11,112 nt of DNA from Gemmatimonadota bacterium. GTDB taxonomy: Bacteria; Gemmatimonadota; Gemmatimonadetes; Gemmatimonadales; GWC2-71-9. The translations under genes and the position numbers were made by a program. Shown one piece after another: positions 1 to 6,328 of this stretch. Every line of letters begins with the position of its first letter. The stretch's first letter is position 1. The notes under the pieces were generated by a model. That model was given only the letters and a program-made list of their open reading frames with translations, had not been told where the DNA came from and did not search any database. The DNA is taken from positions 1 through 11,112 of the forward strand of contig JAZDCZ010000286.1 of the NCBI GenBank assembly GCA_036679605.1, given 5' to 3'.

Positions 1-195
1 TACGATGGCGTCGTCATGACGAGTTGCTGGGGTTGCGATAGCAGCTTGGTCTCGGAGAGTCTGCTGCGTCATCGCAAGGACATCCCCTTCTATTTCTTTT
101 ATGACGACGGCACACCGCTCGACGAGAGGAGGGTCCGTAGCTTCGCGTACCGACTGCACCGCAACGGCGCGGAGGACACTGTCTCCGCAATTTAG
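1..195 (+). CDS. Partial CDS (3' end only); probable 2-hydroxyacyl-CoA dehydratase subunit / CoA-activase-associated domain protein
   Basis: Frame 1 is open from base 1 to TAG at 193-195: [64 protein letters not shown]. The pattern DGVV-x5-C ... IP-hydrophobic-D ... R-x-x-x-F resembles the C-terminus of HgdAB/BcrBC-type proteins. It ends 18 nt before the next gene. It is not in the ORF track because the start lies outside the window. Confidence 0.55.
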   Translation, partial: YDGVVMTSCWGCDSSLVSESLLRHRKDIPFYFFYDDGTPLDERRVRSFAYRLHRNGAEDTVSAI

Positions 196-213
196 CGAAC
201 TAGGCAGAGAGCA

Positions 214-1236
214 ATGGACTCGTATGAACACTTAGCGGTGCCGCTTCCGGGTGAACGGCTTACCATGGAGCCACCACCCCAGTACCCGGCGGGCATCATC
301 AACATCACCAACCGTTGCAATCTGAGTTGTACTCACTGCTACCTGTATGCAGACGGAAACCCTAGCGACCAAAGCGATCATATCCCCGACGAAGAGCTAC
401 TGGCCGAAGTAGAACGGATTCGCGACCGCCACGGCCTCATGTCGATGGTCTGGCAAGGTGGTGAGCCGATGATCCGCTGGCGGCTGCTCGAACGTGCCGT
501 TAAGCTTTTCACCCGCAACACGATCACGACGAATGGAACGATTCCGCTGAGGGAATTTGGACTGACGGTAACTTACGTGGTGTCGCTGGACGGACCGGAA
601 GACTTGAACGATCAACTGCGTGGAACCGGTGTATACGCGCAAGCGCGAGCAACGATCGAAAAGGTGCCGGTCGATTTCGAATCGACGATCCAGGTGCAAT
701 GCGTAGTAACGAAAGCAAACCAACATCGCTTGCATGAACTCGTGGAAGATCTCGTTGACAGTCGAACAGACGGAGTGACGTTCAGTTTCTACTGCCCCAA
801 TAGGGGAGAAACACCGGCTATTGCGTGGGCTGACGCCGAGGAGCGCGAACAAGCAGTCGACGTCGTAGTCGGGTTGAAACGTCAGTATCCGGGCTTCATC
901 TGGAACGCGCAACGCGCTCTCGATTTGATGCGCGCGCCGACGGCCGACCTGGTGACACGCAACTGCCCCGCCGTGCGCACGGTAATTCCCCTGTACGTAG
1001 AAAACGGCCGGATCGTCACGCCGTTTTGTTGCCACGGCAACAACCTCGACTGCCGGCGCTGCGGTACCTGGGTAGCGTTCGCACACGCGGCGAAGATACC
1101 GGGGCCGTGGGACGAGGTGTTGCCGCAGAGTCGGCCCCACGGCTTCTTGGCAGACTACGTCAAACGTACCGCGTTACGGCGAAGCCAGCCGTCACGCGGT
1201 ACGTTTGACCTGAGGGGGCATGGGTCGCGGGATTGA
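214..1236 (+). CDS. Radical SAM enzyme with a C-terminal Cys-rich (twitch/SPASM-like) auxiliary cluster region
   Basis: Contains CxxxCxxC (ITNRCNLSCTHC), GGEP, TTNG and VSLDG motifs, plus C-terminal NCPA...FCCHG...DCRRCG. Confidence 0.92.
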   Translation: MDSYEHLAVPLPGERLTMEPPPQYPAGIINITNRCNLSCTHCYLYADGNPSDQSDHIPDEELLAEVERIRDRHGLMSMVWQGGEPMIRWRLLERAVKLFTRNTITTNGTIPLREFGLTVTYVVSLDGPEDLNDQLRGTGVYAQARATIEKVPVDFESTIQVQCVVTKANQHRLHELVEDLVDSRTDGVTFSFYCPNRGETPAIAWADAEEREQAVDVVVGLKRQYPGFIWNAQRALDLMRAPTADLVTRNCPAVRTVIPLYVENGRIVTPFCCHGNNLDCRRCGTWVAFAHAAKIPGPWDEVLPQSRPHGFLADYVKRTALRRSQPSRGTFDLRGHGSRD

Positions 1237-1238
1237 CC

Positions 1239-1772
1239 ATGAGACGGTACGCAGTTGATGACGTTTTCTTCTATATCGGCAAGGTCGCCGATCGCCCGCA
1301 TGAGTCGCTGGCATTGATCGAGATTCTAGAGAGCGGCTACAATATTTTGTGAGGTCTGGTCGGAGGCGAGGTTATCACCCGGAAACATCCTGCGCATCTA
1401 ATGACCTACGAGCGCCGCCCGTCCGTCATGGCGCTCATTCATGCCCAACCCACCAGTGTCAACGTGCTCGCCCGACTGTTCCATGACGAGGAGAACATAA
1501 ACCGCCTGCTTTCGGTCCAACATGAGCAACTGAAGGTCTTCGCTCCGAACGGGATAGGCCTCATTGATGCGCACGAACCGATCAAGGCACTGAACAGCGC
1601 TTGCGATCTCCAGGAGTACTATTACGACGCGGCCCGGACGTTTCTCGACAATCCATTATTGCGGTTGTTGCCGATCGATCTCATCGTGCGCAACCTTGGC
1701 CGTGTTGCCCGTCTCCCGCTCGGCGACCGTTTGGTAAGCGCCCTGCTTCGCGCACCTCTAGCCCGAGGCTAG
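1239..1772 (+). pseudogene. rhaD: Disrupted class II aldolase, rhamnulose-1-phosphate aldolase (RhaD)-like
   Basis: ATG 1239 is in frame with the 1401..1772 ORF across a TGA at 1350-1352. The joined sequence GYNIL*GL...HPAHLMTY...LIHAQPT...INRLL...VFAPNGIGLI follows RhaD GYHILWGL...LPAHFLSH...IMHCHAT...FTRQL...VFPDGVGIL, and the stop sits on the conserved Trp. The N-terminal GGN motif and the PG...HG segment appear to be missing. The symbol is family-level only. Confidence 0.65.
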
Positions 1773-1777
1773 GCTAC

Positions 1778-2011
1778 GTGCACTATGAGTATCTACCCGA
1801 AGATCTGTATCCTTTTAAGTCACACTGGCACTAGATCGACGGTCTGCCGGTTCACTATATCGACGAGGGGCAAGGCAAGCCCCTGCTGTTTTTGCACGGG
1901 AATCTGACATGGAGCCTACTTTACCGCGACATCGTCAAGGATCTGCGTGATCGTTACCGCTGTATAGCGGTAGACTACCCGGGGATGGGTCTGAGCGGGA
2001 AGCCGCGTGAT
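1778..2011 (+). pseudogene. Truncated alpha/beta hydrolase, haloalkane dehalogenase / OleB-like
   Basis: From GTG 1778: HYEYLPEDLYPFKSHWH*IDGLPVHYIDEGQGKPLLFLHGNLTWSLLYRDIVKDLRDRYRCIAVDYPGMGLSGKPRD. This matches the HLD/OleB N-terminus (YPF..HY.DEG.G...HGNP.WS..YR...RCIA.D..G.G.S.KP). There is an in-frame TAG at 1832-1834, and similarity stops before the nucleophile motif. Confidence 0.85.
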
Positions 2012-2061
2012 CGAAGCAACGTATCGGGTGTAACTACCGACGCGATCCCAAAGAGTTCCTC

Positions 2062-2257
2062 TCATAGGACTTTCCTCGCCTTGGCGGCCAAGCGGCGCCG
2101 CTGCGCATCGGTCAGCAACAGACGCTTGCCTCCGAGTTGTTCGCGCAGAACGCGATTCTCCTCTTGGAGATATTCGATGACATCTTGCTGGCTACGGTTG
2201 ACCCATCCGGCTACGGCCGGCGATGACGGCAGCTCGCAAGGGAATAATATTACTCAC
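2062..2257 (-). mobile_element. Transposase remnant (N-terminal fragment of an integrase-core/rve transposase), frameshifted and truncated
   Basis: The minus strand reads [51 protein letters not shown], the typical N-terminus of a widespread rve-domain transposase family ([36 protein letters not shown]). The likely GTG start at 2257 is one base out of frame, and there is no DDE core. Confidence 0.75.
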
Positions 2258-2337
2258 GTTTCTGCCGGCCGGGTTTTGGCGTTATACGGGGTCGATGCCT
2301 GCGGCCGAGACGCGCGAAGGTGGGCTTCTCCCATATC

Positions 2338-2850
2338 TCAGTGATTGTGCTCCTCGTGAGCGTCACCGGATGGAGACTCCGGATAGAGCTTTCTCATATA
2401 GCTAAGCCTTTTTTCAAGCTCGGCAAACTCCATCGCGGTTCGCTCTGCATCGCCGGTGTCGCCGTACATGTCGAGGTTTTTTGCATGCTCCGCCACACGG
2501 TCTACGTAGCCTGCAAGCATCTTCTGTTTAGCTTCCGAAAGATCTGTCGACTTCTCTGACAACTCCTTCGCCAGATCGCGGATGCCGAACGCTATCTTGT
2601 GGACATCTGCTAACTTGCCGGAATCGATTATGTGGCTGAGCCGTTCGATGTCAGCATCGATAGCACGCCAAAGTTCGGCAGCCGTCTGCTGTTCTTCATC
2701 GCTAGCTCTGTCCTCGTTTGCTTCGTGGATGGCGTTCAGCTCGCCTCCGTGTTCGTGCCCACCGCTTGCAGCACTTTCCGTCGCGGTGGCTAGCCAGATG
2801 GCCGAGGCGCAAATAAGCATAGTTGTCATCATCCAGTTGGTTTTCATCAT
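2338..2850 (-). CDS. Exported His-rich helical protein; putative periplasmic metal-binding protein or chaperone of the efflux operon
   Basis: GAGGAG RBS at 2857-2862. Sec-type signal peptide, GGHEHGG near the mature N-terminus, C-terminal HEEHNH, and an amphipathic all-helical core. It is the last gene of the RND operon. Confidence 0.85.
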   Translation of the reverse strand: MMKTNWMMTTMLICASAIWLATATESAASGGHEHGGELNAIHEANEDRASDEEQQTAAELWRAIDADIERLSHIIDSGKLADVHKIAFGIRDLAKELSEKSTDLSEAKQKMLAGYVDRVAEHAKNLDMYGDTGDAERTAMEFAELEKRLSYMRKLYPESPSGDAHEEHNH

Positions 2851-2891
2851 TGTTTTCTCCTCGATCTTCGCTTGTTGGTGTCGGTCGGCAG

Positions 2892-3011
2892 TTAATGGGG
2901 ACTCTTTCGGCTCATCGCCTCCATCCCGCGCAGTTCCTCGCTGGTTAGGTCCGGAAGGTGACGAATGATAAAGAAAGCAATCTTATGTGATGCGACAGGG
3001 GATTGAGTCAT
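2892..3011 (-). CDS. Possible 39-aa small ORF coupled to the RND pump gene
   Basis: ATGA overlap with the pump stop codon (3008-3011) and GAGGT about 6 nt upstream. Sequence: MTQSPVASHKIAFFIIRHLPDLTSEELRGMEAMSRKSPH*. Confidence 0.3.
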   Translation of the reverse strand: MTQSPVASHKIAFFIIRHLPDLTSEELRGMEAMSRKSPH

Positions 3012-6000
3012 TGCTTAACCTCGTTGTTCGTCTGCTCGTTCGTATCGTTTCCAGCGCCTGCTCCGTACTTCGCTGGAAAGATGCGTGAGAGTTGCTCAGG
3101 GCATTCAAGGCGGAAAATCTTTTCTGCGGCTCTTCCTCCGAAGTGCCAAAAAACAGCAGGAGTGACGACTACGTCGAGAAGCGCCGAAGTCATAAGTCCA
3201 CCGAAAACGACAACCGCTACTGGGTAGAGGATTTCTTTGCCAGGCTCGCCCTGCGCAAGCAGTAAGGGTACAAGAGCCAAACTGGTAGTCAGTGCGGTCA
3301 TCAACACAGGGACCAGGCGGTCAAGGGAACCACGGACTATCATTTCTCTGTCGAAGCACTCTCCTTCGTAACGCATCAGGTGCAAATAGTGGCTGAGCAT
3401 CATAATTCCGTTTCGCGAAGCGATGCCGCAAAGCGTAATAAATGCTACTAGCGAGGCCACACTGGCCACGCCTCCAGTGAGCTTTATCGCTACGATGGAA
3501 CCGATCATCGCGAAAGGAATATCCAAGAGCACCTGAGCGACTATGCGTCCCGAGCGAAAATGCGTATAGAGCACCATGATCATCCCAGCCAGTGAGAAGA
3601 GGCTTAGCAGCCCAATGAGCCGCGTAGCCTCTTGTTGGCTCTCGAACTGGCCGCCGTAGGTAACGAAGTATCCTTCCGGTAACTGGATGTGCTGGGCGAC
3701 CCGCTCCTGAATGTCCGCTACGACGCTTCCCAGGTCGCGCCCGCTGACGTTGGATTGGATAACGATGCGGCGCTGCACGTTTTCTCGCAGCACTTGGTTC
3801 GGCCCTTTACTCTCGATGACGCGTGCGACCGCGCGAAGTGGAATCAGCTGTCCGTTAGGGGTGTCGATGAGAATGTTTCCGAGCGTCTTGGAGCTCAAAC
3901 GGGTTTCATCGGGGAATATTGCGACGAGGTCGAAGCGACGTTGGCCCTCGAGTATTTCGCTGACCGTATCGCCCTGAAGCGCCGCCTGGAGCACCTTTGC
4001 AACCTCGCCTACCCGCAGCCCGTACTGGCGCACGGCATGGCGGTCGATCTCTACCCGGGTTTGCGGAATCAAGACCTGTTGCTCAACGTAGAGATCGACC
4101 ACGCCGGGGACTTCACTTATGACGGCGCGAATCGCCTCAGCCTTTTCCCTGAGCGTGGTTAGGTCCGAGCCGAAGAGCTTCACTGCAATCTGGGCGCGGA
4201 TGCCGGAGAGGAGGTGATCGATGCGATGGCTAATGGGCTGGCCGATGTTCACAACAACACCGGGGATGGTGGCTAGCCGCGCGCGCACATCGTCGAGGAT
4301 AACGTCGCGCTCTCGGGGCTCCGGCCCAGGGCGAGCCTCGACGAGGCCTACAAGGCGGCCTAGCCCACGGACGAGGTCCGTGCTTTCCGGATTCACGATC
4401 TCAACTTCGATTTCGGTGGAGTGCACACCCTCGGCGTGCTCGTCCTGTTCGGCGCGACCCACGCGTCGGCCTGTTTCTTTCACCTCTGGCACGGCACGGA
4501 TGAGCTTTTCTGCAAGCGTGCCGACACGGTTACTCTCCGCCAAGGACGTTCCGGGCGGAAGGAGAATGTTAATTGTCACGCTTCCCTCGTTGAATGGTGG
4601 GAGGAATTCTCGACCAAATCCCAAGAGCAGTAAGAGGGCAAGCCCTAAGGCGGTAAACGCTGTGCCCATAGTCAGCTTCGGATGAGTAAGGGTGTAGCGA
4701 AGAACGAAGCGCCGGTCGGCCCATTTTAGAAAGCGAACGAAGAAGCCGTCCTTCTCCCCCGCCATGAATCGCGCGCTGGGCAACAGGTAGCTAGCCAACA
4801 CCGGGGTAACGGTCAACGAAACAGCAAGCGAGGCAACTATCGAAACAACGTAGGCAATTCCCAGCGGCACGAAGATTCGGCCCTCGATGCCACCCATCGC
4901 GAACAGTGGCATAAAGACCAGGATGACGATGATCGTGGCGAACACGATGGAGTTCCGGATTTCACTCGACGCTTCAAAGACGACCTCAAGTGATGGTTTA
5001 GGAACAGCCGCGCGGTGGTTCTCTTTGAGACGTCGAAAAACGTTTTCCACATCCACGATGGCATCATCGACCAGCTCCCCTATGGCGATCGCGATGCCAC
5101 CGAGTGTCATCGTGTTGATGGTCATGTCGAACCATCGAAACACGAGGAACGTTACAACCAGTGACAGTGGGATAGCGCTGAGCGTGATAAAGGTCGTACG
5201 GAAGTTGAGAAGGAAGAGAAACAGCACGATGACCACAAAAATCGCACCATCTCTTAGTGCTTCGACGACGTTGCTAATAGCGGCCTCGATGAAGTTCGCC
5301 TGACGAAAGATGTGCTTGTTGATCTCGATCCCCTCGGGCAGACCTCTCTGAATGTCTTCGAGGGCGGCATCGATCTGTTCGGTAAGTTCGATTGTGCTCG
5401 CACCGGGCTGCTTCTGGATACTCATGATGACAGCCGGAAGCGCGTTACTGCCGGCGTCGCCTCGTTTGAGCGGCCCGAGTCCATGGATCCGCACATCAGC
5501 TACTTGACCGATGGTAACCGGGATACCGTCACGCGTTACGATGACCGCCTCCCGTAGATCGTCGACCGAGCGGATGCGGGCAAGATTGCGAACCATGGAC
5601 TCGACCGGGCCCTTGATGACGAAGTTCCCGGCGGTATTTACGTTCGACTCTTCAAGCGCTTTTTCCACATCGTGGAGCGTCACACCGAGAGCGCTAAGCT
5701 TATCTGGACGCACCACTACCTGGTACTGTTTAAGCTCACCGCCGATGACAGTGATTTTGGAGACGCCACTGATACTTAGCAGCCGAGGGCGGATGACCCA
5801 GTCGGCCTGCGTGCGAAGCTCCATCGGGGAAATCTCGTCGCCGGTGATGGCGATGAGCATGATCTCTCCCATGATGGAGCTTACCGGGGCCAACGTAGCC
5901 GCCGAGTCCTCGGGCAGTGCCTCACGAACCGTGCCCAGTTTCTCGGTCACAATCTGGCGGTCGATATATATGTCCGTGCCCCAATCGAACTCGACGAAAA

Positions 6001-6277
6001 CGAGGGCAAGTCCGACAGAGCTTACCGAGCGTACGCGCTGCACACCGGTTGCGCCGTTCATTGCTGTCTCGACGGGAAACGACACCAGTGTCTCCACTTC
6101 CTCGGGCGCTAGGCCTGGCGCTTCAAGAAAGATCGTCACGGTGGGTCGGTTAAGGTCGGGAAAGACATCCACCGGCAGGTTGTTCAGCACAAAACCACCG
6201 TAGACGAGCAGTAACACAGCCGCCGAAACGACGAAGATTCGATTCTTTAGTGAGAACTGAATAATACGGTTCAGCAC
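3008..6277 (-). CDS. czcA: CzcA/CusA-family heavy-metal efflux RND transporter permease
   Basis: 1089 aa. Motifs LPVDVFPDLNRPTV, APEEVETLVSFPVE, TM4 GGIAIAIGELVDDAIVDVEN, GREFLPPFNEG, YGGQFESQQ, RNGIMM and RLVPVLMTA. GTG start with a GGAGG RBS. The symbol is family-level. Confidence 0.96.
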   Translation of the reverse strand: MLNRIIQFSLKNRIFVVSAAVLLLVYGGFVLNNLPVDVFPDLNRPTVTIFLEAPGLAPEEVETLVSFPVETAMNGATGVQRVRSVSSVGLALVFVEFDWGTDIYIDRQIVTEKLGTVREALPEDSAATLAPVSSIMGEIMLIAITGDEISPMELRTQADWVIRPRLLSISGVSKITVIGGELKQYQVVVRPDKLSALGVTLHDVEKALEESNVNTAGNFVIKGPVESMVRNLARIRSVDDLREAVIVTRDGIPVTIGQVADVRIHGLGPLKRGDAGSNALPAVIMSIQKQPGASTIELTEQIDAALEDIQRGLPEGIEINKHIFRQANFIEAAISNVVEALRDGAIFVVIVLFLFLLNFRTTFITLSAIPLSLVVTFLVFRWFDMTINTMTLGGIAIAIGELVDDAIVDVENVFRRLKENHRAAVPKPSLEVVFEASSEIRNSIVFATIIVILVFMPLFAMGGIEGRIFVPLGIAYVVSIVASLAVSLTVTPVLASYLLPSARFMAGEKDGFFVRFLKWADRRFVLRYTLTHPKLTMGTAFTALGLALLLLLGFGREFLPPFNEGSVTINILLPPGTSLAESNRVGTLAEKLIRAVPEVKETGRRVGRAEQDEHAEGVHSTEIEVEIVNPESTDLVRGLGRLVGLVEARPGPEPRERDVILDDVRARLATIPGVVVNIGQPISHRIDHLLSGIRAQIAVKLFGSDLTTLREKAEAIRAVISEVPGVVDLYVEQQVLIPQTRVEIDRHAVRQYGLRVGEVAKVLQAALQGDTVSEILEGQRRFDLVAIFPDETRLSSKTLGNILIDTPNGQLIPLRAVARVIESKGPNQVLRENVQRRIVIQSNVSGRDLGSVVADIQERVAQHIQLPEGYFVTYGGQFESQQEATRLIGLLSLFSLAGMIMVLYTHFRSGRIVAQVLLDIPFAMIGSIVAIKLTGGVASVASLVAFITLCGIASRNGIMMLSHYLHLMRYEGECFDREMIVRGSLDRLVPVLMTALTTSLALVPLLLAQGEPGKEILYPVAVVVFGGLMTSALLDVVVTPAVFWHFGGRAAEKIFRLECPEQLSRIFPAKYGAGAGNDTNEQTNNEVKQ

Positions 6278-6328
6278 GACGTTGCCCTCCCGGCGGCGCG
6301 ACGTTTCACTGGCGGAATCCCAAAGACT

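Noticed and set aside
397..1140. 247-aa minus-strand ORF and other short ORFs overlapping the radical SAM gene
   Set aside because: These are antisense or alternate-frame shadows with no recognisable motifs.
1350..1834. Stop-codon recoding (TGA=Trp/Sec, TAG=Pyl/Gln)
   Set aside because: Neighbouring intact genes end in TGA and TAG and use TGG for Trp, and both interrupted genes carry other lesions.
1892..2344. 150-aa plus-strand ORF as an intact gene
   Set aside because: It is chimeric. The first ~40 aa are the hydrolase fragment and the rest is largely antisense read-through of the transposase remnant.
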